Shown here one piece after another: positions 1 to 8,792 of a DNA stretch of 52,640 nucleotides. This stretch comes from a virus (lineage: Duplodnaviria; Caudoviricetes), in IMG/VR virus record IMGVR_UViG_3300048026_001019, positions 1 through 52,640 of that record; one strand, 5' to 3'. The stretch's first letter is position 1. Each line of letters begins with the position of its first letter. Below the pieces are notes generated by a model. That model was not told the DNA's origin. It saw nothing but the letters and a program-made list of their open reading frames with translations, and did not search any database. Made by a program: the position numbers and the translations under genes.

Positions 1-121
1 AATTAAATAAAAGGGTTGCGTAACGTTCTTTTGTAATTTTCCCTGACATAAGTTCTTTTACAAACTCCTGTCTTTCTGCATTTTTATGGTGTTCCCAAGT
101 TAACTCTTTTAAATTACTCAT
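1..121 (-). CDS. Heme oxygenase-like protein, N-terminal part (runs off the window)
   Basis: Manual translation MSNLKELTWEHHKNAERQEFVKELMSGKITKERYATLLFN matches the heme oxygenase N-terminal helix LKExTxxxHxxAE (proximal His); abuts the clpS stop. Confidence 0.7.
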   Translation of the reverse strand, partial: MSNLKELTWEHHKNAERQEFVKELMSGKITKERYATLLFN

Positions 122-436
122 TCATTCCGCTTCCAGCTTTACTTGTAATGGAAAGCCATTTTCTCTACTAAGAGAAGTAGCTTCGATAGTTTTATGCTCT
201 GCAATTTCGTAACTGTATGTTCCAACAATTGCACTACCATTAGTATGTATCTCCATTGTCAAGTTCTCAGCGGAAGATTGAGTGTGCTTAAAAATTCTAA
301 CTAATAAATCAACTACCCATTCCATAGGAGTTGCATCATCATTTAAAAAAATAACATTATATAAACCTGGCTCAGTAATTAAATCATTAATTTTTGTATC
401 AAGTTGTATATCGAGTTCAATATCAGTATTACTCAT
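122..436 (-). CDS. clpS: ATP-dependent Clp protease adaptor ClpS
   Basis: YNVIFLNDDATPMEWVV, IHTNGSAIVG, YEIAE and FPL motifs; AGGAG RBS. Confidence 0.92.
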   Translation of the reverse strand: MSNTDIELDIQLDTKINDLITEPGLYNVIFLNDDATPMEWVVDLLVRIFKHTQSSAENLTMEIHTNGSAIVGTYSYEIAEHKTIEATSLSRENGFPLQVKLEAE

Positions 437-482
437 TTTTTTCTCCTAAAGTTGGGGGAGATGTTTCACTCCCCCTAGACAA

Positions 483-944
483 TTACTTGCCTTTTTTACC
501 TTCGATTGTTACACCTTCGTTAATTTTAATTTTCTTAGGTTGTAATTCTTCTGGGATATTACGTTTTAGATGAATATTAAGCATTCCTAATTCAAGTTGT
601 GCATTTTCCACCTCAACGTGATCAGCAAGTGTAAACTCTCTGCGGAAGTTACGTCCACCAATACCTTTGTGTAGGTAGTTTACTTCTTCGTCTCCCTTAG
701 GAGCCGTGCCTTCAACTTTCAGTTGGTCTCCATCTTTCTCAATTGAAAGATTATCCATACCAAAGCCAGCAACTGCAAGAGAGATCATAAACTCATCTTC
801 GTTGATTTGTGCAATGTTATATGGGGGATACCCTTGTCCGTTTGGACTGTTAGCAAACTGTCTTTCCATTTGTTCGAAGATTCGATCAAATCCGATAGTT
901 GCTCTGTGAAAGTTGGGTAGGTCTAGGGTTGTAAGTCTTGTCAT
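483..944 (-). CDS. ibpA: Small heat-shock protein Hsp20 (IbpA-like)
   Basis: GYPPYNI, LAVAGF, YLHKGIGGRNFRREFTLA, PKKIKI; start moved to ATG 944 behind AAGGAG. Confidence 0.93.
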   Translation of the reverse strand: MTRLTTLDLPNFHRATIGFDRIFEQMERQFANSPNGQGYPPYNIAQINEDEFMISLAVAGFGMDNLSIEKDGDQLKVEGTAPKGDEEVNYLHKGIGGRNFRREFTLADHVEVENAQLELGMLNIHLKRNIPEELQPKKIKINEGVTIEGKKGK

Positions 945-1000
945 TTGTTTTCTCCTTATAAAAAGCAAGATTTATGTTGTGAGCCCTTACGGCGCTCGGT
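945..1000 (-). promoter_or_regulatory. ROSE-like RNA thermometer in the ibpA 5' UTR
   Basis: Minus strand: GAGCGCC-GTAA-GGGCTC hairpin, then TCTTGCTT-TTTAT-AAGGAGA, where UUGCU pairs with the Shine-Dalgarno leaving a bulged G. Confidence 0.7.
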
Positions 1001-1042
1001 TAATGTAAAGCATACATTGCCTTACACTTTTATTTATCCCAG

Positions 1043-2182
1043 TTAATTCCCCGTTGTAGCACTCTCGAACACGGAATTATGGGTTTGTGTACAACGAACA
1101 AATGTTGTACAACGATTTAGGTGCTTTAATCTAATTGCACCTGCATACGTACAAGTTGAACGTACACCGCCCAATATATCTTGTACAGTATTTCTAATAG
1201 TGCCTTTGTATGGCACTAATACTGTTCTTCCTTCTGAAGAACGATAATCTTTTAGTCCTCCAAAATGTTTTTCATTTGCACTTTTGCTACTCATTCCGTA
1301 GAACTGTACAAAACTTTTTTCTTCTTGCACAAAGTTTACACCGTCATGCATAAGTTCATTTGTTACATATGTTTTCGTAACAACTTCGCCTCCGCCTTCA
1401 TCGTGACCGGCAAGCATACCTCCAAGCATTACAAAATCTGCACCTCCTGCAAATGCTTTAGCTACGTCACCAGGAGTAGTACAACCACCATCAGCGATGA
1501 TATGACCGCCAAGTCCATGAGCCGCATCAGCACACTCGATGACAGCGGAAAGCTGAGGGTATCCCACTCCAGTTTGTATACGAGTAGTGCAAACACTACC
1601 AGGCCCAATGCCAACTTTAACAATATCTGCTCCATTTAAGATCAACTCCTCTGTCATCTCTCCTGTAACTACATTACCTGCAATAATTACTACATTAGGA
1701 TATGCTTTCCTAAACTTTCTTACAAAATTTCCAAAGCGTTCTGAATATCCATTTGCCACATCAATACACACATACTTTAAATTTGTACCTACTTGTGAAT
1801 AAACATCAGCAAATTTATTCAAATCATTGTCAGTGATGCCAATACTCATAGCAACATTTTTTGTTCTAAATGATTCAACTTGCTTGTATTGAAAATATTC
1901 AACTAATTCATCTACATTATAAGTTTTAACCAAGCAGGTAAACATATCTTGTCTTGCAAGAGTGTCTGCTATCTCAAATGTTCCAACACCATCCATATTA
2001 GATGCCATTATAGGAACGCCACGATAGTGCCTATACTCTTTTTGTTCATCTTCTGGTTGAATATAATTTCGAAATGTGAAGCCTCTTGATAAGTCTACTT
2101 CTTTACGGCTTCCTAATGTGCTACGCTTTGGACGAATAAGAACGTCCTTGTAGTCAAGTTTTACGTCTTCTTCAATACGCAT
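1043..2182 (-). CDS. guaC: GMP reductase
   Basis: [49 protein letters not shown]. Confidence 0.95.
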   Translation of the reverse strand: MRIEEDVKLDYKDVLIRPKRSTLGSRKEVDLSRGFTFRNYIQPEDEQKEYRHYRGVPIMASNMDGVGTFEIADTLARQDMFTCLVKTYNVDELVEYFQYKQVESFRTKNVAMSIGITDNDLNKFADVYSQVGTNLKYVCIDVANGYSERFGNFVRKFRKAYPNVVIIAGNVVTGEMTEELILNGADIVKVGIGPGSVCTTRIQTGVGYPQLSAVIECADAAHGLGGHIIADGGCTTPGDVAKAFAGGADFVMLGGMLAGHDEGGGEVVTKTYVTNELMHDGVNFVQEEKSFVQFYGMSSKSANEKHFGGLKDYRSSEGRTVLVPYKGTIRNTVQDILGGVRSTCTYAGAIRLKHLNRCTTFVRCTQTHNSVFESATTGN

Positions 2183-2188
2183 AAAAAT

Positions 2189-2485
2189 TTACTTTCTCTT
2201 TTTGCCTTGGTATCCAATGTCTAGCTCTAATGACTTCTGTAGTTTTTTAAGCCATCTAGCCCGTCCTGCTGCCTTTGCTCTCTTGCGTTTTTCGCTTGGC
2301 TTTGTATAGAACTGCCGTTCTCTTACTTCCTGTAGTAAGCCGTCTTCCTGTACTTTTTTCTTAAATTTTCTTAATGCTTTATTAATATCGTTGTTACGTA
2401 CCTCAACAGTTAGGCCGTGCTTCTTATCAGATCCATACTCTTTAGGCTTCTGTGGCCGATACCCACTGTTATTGTTCCTTCTCAA
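2189..2485 (-). CDS. rpsU: 30S ribosomal protein bS21 with N-terminal extension
   Basis: VEVRNNDINKALRKFKKKV...EVRERQFYTKPSEKRKR; TTG start behind AGGAGG. Confidence 0.88.
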   Translation of the reverse strand: MRRNNNSGYRPQKPKEYGSDKKHGLTVEVRNNDINKALRKFKKKVQEDGLLQEVRERQFYTKPSEKRKRAKAAGRARWLKKLQKSLELDIGYQGKKRK

Positions 2486-2870
2486 ATTGTCCTCCTAGAC
2501 TAGTTAAAAACTCAAAGTTTTGTATCTTATTAATACTTAGTTTATTATACACTCTATTCTCACCATTTGTCAACCAGAAAGTTTTTGGCTTAGCAATCAT
2601 ATAACTTAGGATTGGTTGTAATACTGGTGGTACATTATCTACTTCTATAACAGTGATTTGGCTTTTTTGGAAAATAGTTAACATCCAATCTAAGTCTTCA
2701 TCGGTCAGATGTTCGTTTGCTTCATAAACATATATATTAATATCAGCGTCAATGTCTACAAGAGATTCTTGAACTTTATTTTTTACATCATCAGATGTAC
2801 ATAACAATAAGACTTCAACTGCATCGTGATATAACACATCAGGTGGAGTAATTATATTAATGTTTTTCAA
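2469..2870 (-). CDS. Hypothetical protein
   Basis: 133-aa ORF tiled between its neighbours. Confidence 0.65.
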   Translation of the reverse strand: MKNINIITPPDVLYHDAVEVLLLCTSDDVKNKVQESLVDIDADINIYVYEANEHLTDEDLDWMLTIFQKSQITVIEVDNVPPVLQPILSYMIAKPKTFWLTNGENRVYNKLSINKIQNFEFLTSLGGQFEKEQ

Positions 2871-2877
2871 TTAGAAC

Positions 2878-4827
2878 CTATTTTTTAAGTTTGTTAAACA
2901 AAGTGTCACCGTCTTGTTCACTGTTTTGTGTATAGCCTTGTTCAGATACTGCTTGGTACTTATCAATAAACTCTTTTTCTTCCCAAGGTAGTGAATCTAT
3001 TACACCTTTTGTGTACAAGTTCTTGTAGTGTTTAAGAGTTAACGAAGGATTTTCAGCTTTCCAATGTGTCCTTGCGGCAACATGATCGGCATCATTTTCT
3101 TTTTCTTCAAGATCCTTTAAACGTTCCGATGATTCTACTTTTTTTTTAGTTTCTGGTTTCTCTCTTTCTTGCCATTCTTCATCAATCTGCATATTGATAG
3201 CTGGCTGAATTTCTTTTGGAACTAATTCTTCTGCTTTTAATTCTTCAGTAAGATCAAATTTTGGTGGAACTAATTCTTCTGCTTCCATTTGTTCTTTTAC
3301 TTGGTCTTCATCTACTTTTATTGAAGGAGTAGTCTTAGCTATTTCGTAAACTACATCGTCTCCCAAAAGCGTGGTTCCAGGCTGTCCCCCAGCATCGATC
3401 TCAGCTCGTCTACTGTCAGAGCCGGTGTCTTCTTCGACATCTGTTTGTTCTTGTTTTTGATTATCTGTTTCTGCGGCGGCTGGCTGTGTAGATTCATCAT
3501 CGACACTATCAGGTGCTTCATTGTCATTGACATCTTTTTCTCCCTCTGGTCCAGGATTATTAACTATAGCTTGTGCCCTTTTATGTTCATAGTCATCCCA
3601 GTCGAAAACGTCTTTCTTTTTTTCTTTTTGTTTTCTTAGATTTTCAAAAGTATATTGACTTGCAATTAAAAGTAAAACTGCTAACGGATCAAATACGAAT
3701 ATTATTAGTAGAATTACCCAACGTACTGCTTCTTCAAGTAAGTTTTGATCTGCTTCTTCTCCGTATACAAATTCAGCGATATATTTAATAGGACCTACTT
3801 CAGCTTCTAGCTTTCTATACTCTGCTTCAAGTGCATACTTCTCTTCTGTTAATTCATCTAACTCTGTATTTGCATTTCTTATTCTTGCAGTCTGCTCATC
3901 AACGATTGCATCAATATCTTCAGCATTAGATTCCACCCTACCAATTTGTTCACGTAATCTTGATATTAGTTCATTACTGTTTGCTATTTCTGTTTCTGCT
4001 AATCCACGCTGTCTTATAATTTCTGCTCTAGCGGCAGTGACAACAGGTGATTCTAAAGACTGTAGTTCATCCATTTTATTGAGTAAGTCAATACGTTCTT
4101 GATTCTTTTGATCTCTAAACTCTTGTACCTTTGCCGCAGTTCTTCTACCATAGCTACCGTCAGCACTTGCTCCAATAAGACCCTGTGCTTTCTTAATACT
4201 ATCTCTATCTCCTGCGTTTACATAAGATTCTAGTTGTGCTAAAGATGCGGCTATTGCATCTACTTGATTTTGATAAGGTTCTAATCTCTTTTGTATTTTA
4301 GTTTCTTCAAGAGAAATAACTTCTAGTTGCTCATTAATAGCAGGCTGTATTCTTGAGTATGCACTATCTATTCTTGCTTGCTCTCTGTCAATTTGTTCTT
4401 GAATAGTATTGTCTTGGGTGTTTGTACTAGACTCTGCTTTTGTTATCTGTGCTTCTGCTCTAACAATAATTGCTTCTTGTCTAGCAATTTCAGTGGTAAT
4501 GCGTTCAACTTGTGCAATACTTTCTTCACCTGCACTTGTTTGTTCTATGTGTGCTTTGGATAAGAATCCAAAGATACCCATGCTTGTAATAAACATTAAC
4601 AGTATAACAGCAAAAGACAAGTAAGACTTTAGCCACCATACTGTTTCTTTCCAGTACCTATGTAACCATACCGCGGTCACTAGCTTACCTACTTCAAGTA
4701 CTCCGCCCATAATCATAATTGGCAATGCTGCCGCGGCAAAGATTGCAACCAATCCTACTACACTATAATAGATAGCTACAGTAGAGATGGTCAGAGCCGT
4801 AAGTAAAACAAGTAACCCTAATAACAT
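2878..4827 (-). CDS. Membrane-anchored coiled-coil protein with embedded peptidoglycan-binding motif and acidic tail
   Basis: N-terminal TM helices, heptad-rich region, IKKAQGLIGASADGSYGRRTAAKVQEF (PG_binding_1-like), later TM segment IIFVFDPLAVLLLIA. Confidence 0.75.
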   Translation of the reverse strand: MLLGLLVLLTALTISTVAIYYSVVGLVAIFAAAALPIMIMGGVLEVGKLVTAVWLHRYWKETVWWLKSYLSFAVILLMFITSMGIFGFLSKAHIEQTSAGEESIAQVERITTEIARQEAIIVRAEAQITKAESSTNTQDNTIQEQIDREQARIDSAYSRIQPAINEQLEVISLEETKIQKRLEPYQNQVDAIAASLAQLESYVNAGDRDSIKKAQGLIGASADGSYGRRTAAKVQEFRDQKNQERIDLLNKMDELQSLESPVVTAARAEIIRQRGLAETEIANSNELISRLREQIGRVESNAEDIDAIVDEQTARIRNANTELDELTEEKYALEAEYRKLEAEVGPIKYIAEFVYGEEADQNLLEEAVRWVILLIIFVFDPLAVLLLIASQYTFENLRKQKEKKKDVFDWDDYEHKRAQAIVNNPGPEGEKDVNDNEAPDSVDDESTQPAAAETDNQKQEQTDVEEDTGSDSRRAEIDAGGQPGTTLLGDDVVYEIAKTTPSIKVDEDQVKEQMEAEELVPPKFDLTEELKAEELVPKEIQPAINMQIDEEWQEREKPETKKKVESSERLKDLEEKENDADHVAARTHWKAENPSLTLKHYKNLYTKGVIDSLPWEEKEFIDKYQAVSEQGYTQNSEQDGDTLFNKLKK

Positions 4828-4837
4828 GTGATTTCTC

Positions 4838-5407
4838 CTATTCCCAACGGTAGAATATGTGTTTGCCGATTCTACCCGTTAAATGTAAACCACTCGCCCA
4901 GCGAGGATTTACGTATTCGGCATGATAATGTGTTGATCCTTCTGTAATTCCAACATACTTCTTTTCCCAAATCATCAAGTATGCCATATTTTGTACTAAG
5001 TGCCAAAGGTCTTGATTCTGTGGTAAATCGTGTTTGCCATCACAGTACCAACTAAATTGACACTTGTGTCTAATAGGATTATAAACCCTTTCTGATAATG
5101 GCAAGTCGGGATCCTTTTTAGTTTTCCAACTTTCTCTCACAGGTCCTTGACGTATCACTTCACAAATAGTATCTGGATATCTTGAATCCTTAACCCTATT
5201 TAGTACCACGTCACTTACTCCTGCCATATCTGCTACACTACTACCACGTGATTCAAAATACATGTTTAGTGCAAGGCAGTATTCTTGCGGACGATCTTCT
5301 TCCGCATATAGTTCATTAATTCCAATTGTTGAACCTGCTACCGCAAGACCAAAATTAGACAGTACGCCTATAATAGTAATAGTCGCAACTCGAGATATAT
5401 GTTTCAT
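4838..5407 (-). CDS. Cell wall hydrolase, SleB/Hydrolase_2 family
   Basis: CLALNMYFESRG, VVLNRV..YPDTICEV, CQFSWYCDG, THYHA, IGKHIFY; likely start at ATG 5407. Confidence 0.9.
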   Translation of the reverse strand: MKHISRVATITIIGVLSNFGLAVAGSTIGINELYAEEDRPQEYCLALNMYFESRGSSVADMAGVSDVVLNRVKDSRYPDTICEVIRQGPVRESWKTKKDPDLPLSERVYNPIRHKCQFSWYCDGKHDLPQNQDLWHLVQNMAYLMIWEKKYVGITEGSTHYHAEYVNPRWASGLHLTGRIGKHIFYRWE

Positions 5408-5461
5408 TATATTCCTCATGTTGTATTTAAGTGGGATTTTGCTCATTTTTAAGTGCGTATT

Positions 5462-5887
5462 TTAGTTTCTACGCATATTTGCTATGTCGATTGCTTGTTT
5501 TTGATTAGTTACTGGAACTGCATTACTCTTGTGCATTGTAGCAATACCTGTAATTAAAGTGCCTGTATAGGTGTTATTTTCTTTTTTATAACAATTACCT
5601 ATGCCATCACCATTGCTAGGAATGTTTGGAGTTTCCCTATAATAAGAATTTTTTGGAGCAACATAAGATTCGAACTTTTTCTTAGGCTTCGACTTGTAGT
5701 TGCCAAGAAGATACTGTTCATATTCTTGTGAGGACATTTGTTGCTGGTGTAAGCCAAGACGCTTCATACGCTTGTTATAAGCCCTACGATCAACTTCATT
5801 TCTCTCTTGTTGTTTAAGAGTAAATTTCTTAGGCTTACGCTTTTTTGTATTGAGAGTAGTTAGCCCTCTTGCCAAACTCATAGTCAT
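5462..5887 (-). CDS. Basic hypothetical phage protein
   Basis: ORF with GGAG RBS and C-terminal GIATMHKSNAVPV; lies below a consensus sigma70 promoter. Confidence 0.7.
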   Translation of the reverse strand: MTMSLARGLTTLNTKKRKPKKFTLKQQERNEVDRRAYNKRMKRLGLHQQQMSSQEYEQYLLGNYKSKPKKKFESYVAPKNSYYRETPNIPSNGDGIGNCYKKENNTYTGTLITGIATMHKSNAVPVTNQKQAIDIANMRRN

Positions 5888-5916
5888 ATACATTCTCCAT
5901 GTTACAAATATCATTT

Positions 5917-5945
5917 ATTATAACATGTACTAAAGTATATGTCAA
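5917..5945 (-). promoter_or_regulatory. Sigma70-type (early) promoter
   Basis: TTGACA-17 nt-TATAAT exact consensus. Confidence 0.8.
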
Positions 5946-5947
5946 CC

Positions 5948-6127
5948 TTATTCTTTGGATACTTCTGGTATACAATAGGCTTTGAGTGGAGTGCCTAGGT
6001 AGTTGAAATTAAGTTCTGTTGCCATATGTGTACAATCTGCTAACTTAGCAAAGTAAACTCTATCAGCTATTTCTTCACCCATATTTTTTATCAATAGAAC
6101 AAAATATACAACACCAAAATCAATCAA
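5948..6127 (-). CDS. Small protein with hydrophobic N-terminus and two Cys (59 aa, not in ORF track)
   Basis: TTG start overlapping the upstream gene end; MIDFGVVYFVLLIK...DC...AYCIPE fills the gap. Confidence 0.5.
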   Translation of the reverse strand: MIDFGVVYFVLLIKNMGEEIADRVYFAKLADCTHMATELNFNYLGTPLKAYCIPEVSKE

Positions 6128-6572
6128 TAGTAACGATGCCTTCTGATATCAGTCTTTCACGGTTTTTTAAATGCATTTCTTGGATTTCTTCTTTGGAACC
6201 GCCAGTGTAATGAACTGCATGTCCTTCAGCAATCATTATTTCAGTTACTAGAGATCCATTTTTGTATCCACCATAACCATCTTCAACAATAAAGTCGCCG
6301 AGTATTCTTCCAAACTTGCCTTTCATATCTTCGCCGTGTTTGTTAATTTGTGTTTTTAAAGTAGGAGTGCCTTTAAGTAATTCTTTTAGTTTGGCCTTTG
6401 CAGCTAATCCAAATTTCTTTTCAACTTTATCACGTGTTCTACTTTCTGGGGTATCAATTCCCATAATTCTAACACGTTCGTCCATTTGCCAGATACCAAA
6501 ACCTAGATCAATATCAACATCAACCGTGTCACCATCTATTACCTTTACTACTTTACATCTGTATTCATACAT
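6120..6572 (-). CDS. Thermonuclease (staphylococcal nuclease-like)
   Basis: VVKVIDGDT, RVRIMGIDTPE, GKFGRILG. Confidence 0.88.
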   Translation of the reverse strand: MYEYRCKVVKVIDGDTVDVDIDLGFGIWQMDERVRIMGIDTPESRTRDKVEKKFGLAAKAKLKELLKGTPTLKTQINKHGEDMKGKFGRILGDFIVEDGYGGYKNGSLVTEIMIAEGHAVHYTGGSKEEIQEMHLKNRERLISEGIVTID

Positions 6573-6769
6573 TATCTGCTCCCTATATATCCAGCTATGA
6601 TACCAATCATTCCTGTTAAACTCATTTTCATTAATGTAATTACGCTTTCGTCAACTGGTCTATTTTCTTGTAAAGCAACATAGTAATCTCCTATAATAAC
6701 AATACCTAGTAAAACTAGAACTCCTGCAACCAAAACGCATATGATTAAATCTTTTAGATTTTTTACCAT
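6572..6769 (-). CDS. Small two-TM membrane protein
   Basis: Two hydrophobic segments; start moved to 6769 because the longer ORF overlaps a terminator. Confidence 0.6.
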   Translation of the reverse strand: MVKNLKDLIICVLVAGVLVLLGIVIIGDYYVALQENRPVDESVITLMKMSLTGMIGIIAGYIGSR

Positions 6770-6804
6770 CTGCTTCCTTTCTATACTAACATAATATTTA
6801 GTCA

Positions 6805-6831
6805 TAAAAAAAGGCCACACAAGGCGGCCTT
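6805..6831 (-). terminator. Rho-independent terminator
   Basis: AAGGCC/GGCCTT stem followed by a T run on the minus strand. Confidence 0.7.
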
Positions 6832-6851
6832 AATTTATACTCCACTATGTA

Positions 6852-7229
6852 TTAGAAGCTGAATGTGAATTTAGCTGATAGCTCTCCACGCTCTTCTGCT
6901 TCGAAATCATAAGTTGTGCCTGCTTCAAATTCTAAATTACTCATTACAGGATATACAACTCCAAAGTCTAATGTTGGTGCATGATCAAATTCATCATCTA
7001 GTGTAAATGAATTTGTATCGTCCCAAATATTTAATGTTGTGCCAACAGTCCATTCTGCTTGACCAGTCATGTATCCTAGTTCTGGATTAATGATCATTGT
7101 TGTAGCACCTGCATCGAACTTGTGTTCTGCTACTACATCTGTATTCATTGTCAACCCATATCCTAGGTCCATAGCTGACGCTGAAGTTGCAACCATTGCG
7201 GCTACTGCTGCGATTACGATTGTACGCAT
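6852..7229 (-). CDS. Small outer-membrane beta-barrel/porin-like protein
   Basis: Signal peptide MRTIVIAAVAAMVATSASA, alternating beta pattern, C-terminal AKFTFSF (BAM-signal-like). Confidence 0.65.
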   Translation of the reverse strand: MRTIVIAAVAAMVATSASAMDLGYGLTMNTDVVAEHKFDAGATTMIINPELGYMTGQAEWTVGTTLNIWDDTNSFTLDDEFDHAPTLDFGVVYPVMSNLEFEAGTTYDFEAEERGELSAKFTFSF

Positions 7230-7335
7230 TGATTTTCCTTTGTTACTCTTTAATAGGTGAGCGTTGGGGGGAATTTTATTGCTCACATAGTAGTTATCTA
7301 TATTATTGAACCTTTGTATAGATAAGGTTACCATT

Positions 7336-7370
7336 AAAAAAGAGTGTGGCATCTCTGCAACACACTCTTT
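7336..7370 (-). terminator. Terminator downstream of tmRNA
   Basis: AAAGAGTGTG..CACACTCTTT stem plus T run. Confidence 0.65.
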
Positions 7371-7374
7371 AGTG

Positions 7375-7685
7375 CTATTTTTGGTAACAAGGTATAACTA
7401 CCCCGTAACAGCCTAAGCCGCTAATGCCATCTCTGGCGCATAATTGTCATTTGCAATTATAAGTTTCGTTCGCGTTAACCGAGCTTACATCCGGGCAACT
7501 CCACTCTCCTATTAACTAACAGTCGATCCTATTTCGACCCCATCATAAACACACGACTTGCACCCTTTCGAGGTCTTGTCCTATACACAGAAAAGCAGGT
7601 GTATCTACTCTCATGTGCTTATGGTGGAGTCGCCGGGTACCGCCCCCGGGTCCTGTCTAGCGTTTGAATTGCTTCAACGTTACAA
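7375..7685 (-). ncRNA. ssrA: Circularly permuted (two-piece) tmRNA, alphaproteobacterial type; outer ends approximate
   Basis: Acceptor piece GGACCCGGGGGCGGTACCCGGCGACTCCACCA ends at 7622; intervening segment 7621-7542; coding piece starts GGGGTCGAAATAGGATCGAC at 7541; tag frame 7454-7413 reads ANDNYAPEMALAA*. Confidence 0.93.
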
Positions 7686-7688
7686 ATA

Positions 7689-7719
7689 TATTTATAACAC
7701 AGAAATTGTTATATGTCAA
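7689..7719 (-). promoter_or_regulatory. Overlapping sigma70 and T4-like late promoter for tmRNA
   Basis: TTGACA-17 nt-TATAAA, whose -10 box extends to TATAAATA. Confidence 0.65.
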
Positions 7720-7832
7720 CCTCGATTTCAATCACAGAGGATTGCTCGCCTCTCTTATGGAATCTGCAGAGTTCTGGATCTTCTTCAATAAACCAGCCCA
7801 AAGCGATCAACGCACAGTTTATGACAATTCGT

Positions 7833-7901
7833 TTATATTGTAACGAGAAGTCCTAAACAAGATACTCCAATTATAAATTCAATTATTTCGAATTTAGTCA
7901 T
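7833..7901 (-). CDS. 22-aa hydrophobic micropeptide
   Basis: AAGGAG RBS, then MTKFEIIEFIIGVSCLGLLVTI*. Confidence 0.4.
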   Translation of the reverse strand: MTKFEIIEFIIGVSCLGLLVTI

Positions 7902-7927
7902 ATTGATCTCCTTCTGTTGTTGTCAAG

Positions 7928-7954
7928 AAAAAAGGCGTCCGAAGACGCCTTTTT
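7928..7954. terminator. Bidirectional terminator
   Basis: AAAAAAAGGCGTC-CGAA-GACGCCTTTTT. Confidence 0.8.
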
Positions 7955-7971
7955 ATAGTGTCGCTTCTAAA

Positions 7972-8223
7972 TTAAGAAGAAGCGAATACCTTAGCTCTAC
8001 TGCCGTTCACGTCACGTGCAGTGATGCCATACTTCACTTTGCCTGATGTGGCAACTGAAGTTTTTACATTCAAGCCAGCTGCTTTCAATTCACTCATTCG
8101 AGCTGCTAGTTTTTGAATGCCAAACCTTGCATTGGCATCTGCCGCAGTCAAAGTTTTACCAGTACCTCTTAGATAGTTTTCTAAGAAAGTCTTCTGGTTA
8201 GTTTTAATGGTTGTAAAAGCCAT
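7972..8223 (-). CDS. Winged helix-turn-helix DNA-binding protein
   Basis: LTAADANARFGIQKLAARMSELKAAG HTH pattern; GAGG RBS. Confidence 0.7.
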   Translation of the reverse strand: MAFTTIKTNQKTFLENYLRGTGKTLTAADANARFGIQKLAARMSELKAAGLNVKTSVATSGKVKYGITARDVNGSRAKVFASS

Positions 8224-8354
8224 AATTTACCTCTTTCAAAAGTTAATAAAAATGGAGTAACCTTACTCCGCTTTACCAAGAAGCTATTCTCTTAGCCTCA
8301 TTGTTTATACAGTATAACTTCGTTTGCAAACAAAGTCAACCTTTATTTTGGACT

Positions 8355-8792
8355 TTACAAAATTCTTACATACTCTGCTAAATCTTGGATGTCAGTTTCA
8401 GATAAATTTGCAGCCTGTCCCCACATCATTCCACTTTTTGCTCCTACAGTTTCTCCTGCTTTGTAACTACGCAAACGACCTGTGATATACTCTACAGTCT
8501 GTCCTGCAAGTGCCGGACCCATGCCGCCACCGCCAGTGGCACCATGACATGCAGAGCAAACAGCATATTTTGCTTTGCCAGGAAGATCTTCAATTGACGC
8601 AACCTGTACAATTCCTTCACCTTTAACACTTACTATTGAAAAGGGTGTTATACGATTTTGAATTTCGTTCTTTTGTGCTGCGGTTAGTGGTCGAGCATCG
8701 ACACTATCCATACAGCCAACGAGTGCAAATAACATTATACTAATTACAATAAACAATAAAGTTCTTGTTGGAAAACAACTATAAAATTTCAT
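8355..8792 (-). CDS. Class I c-type cytochrome (c553/c4-like), exported
   Basis: Hydrophobic leader, CSACHG heme motif, GPALAGQ, distal Met, LSETDIQDLAEY. Confidence 0.9.
   Translation of the reverse strand: MKFYSCFPTRTLLFIVISIMLFALVGCMDSVDARPLTAAQKNEIQNRITPFSIVSVKGEGIVQVASIEDLPGKAKYAVCSACHGATGGGGMGPALAGQTVEYITGRLRSYKAGETVGAKSGMMWGQAANLSETDIQDLAEYVRIL

Noticed and set aside
3139-3147. A9 run (KKK) in the 649-aa gene as a second frameshift site
   Set aside because: The zero frame already continues, and the -1 frame stops after about 10 codons; only weak support for a truncated isoform
7558-7791. 77-aa plus-strand ORF
   Set aside because: Antisense to the tmRNA acceptor piece and its promoter
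7722-7830. Possible ncRNA upstream of the tmRNA (AGAGG/CCTCT and CTGG/CCAG stems)
   Set aside because: Some pairing potential, but no recognisable 6S, SRP or RNase P signature and no definable ends; needs an Rfam scan
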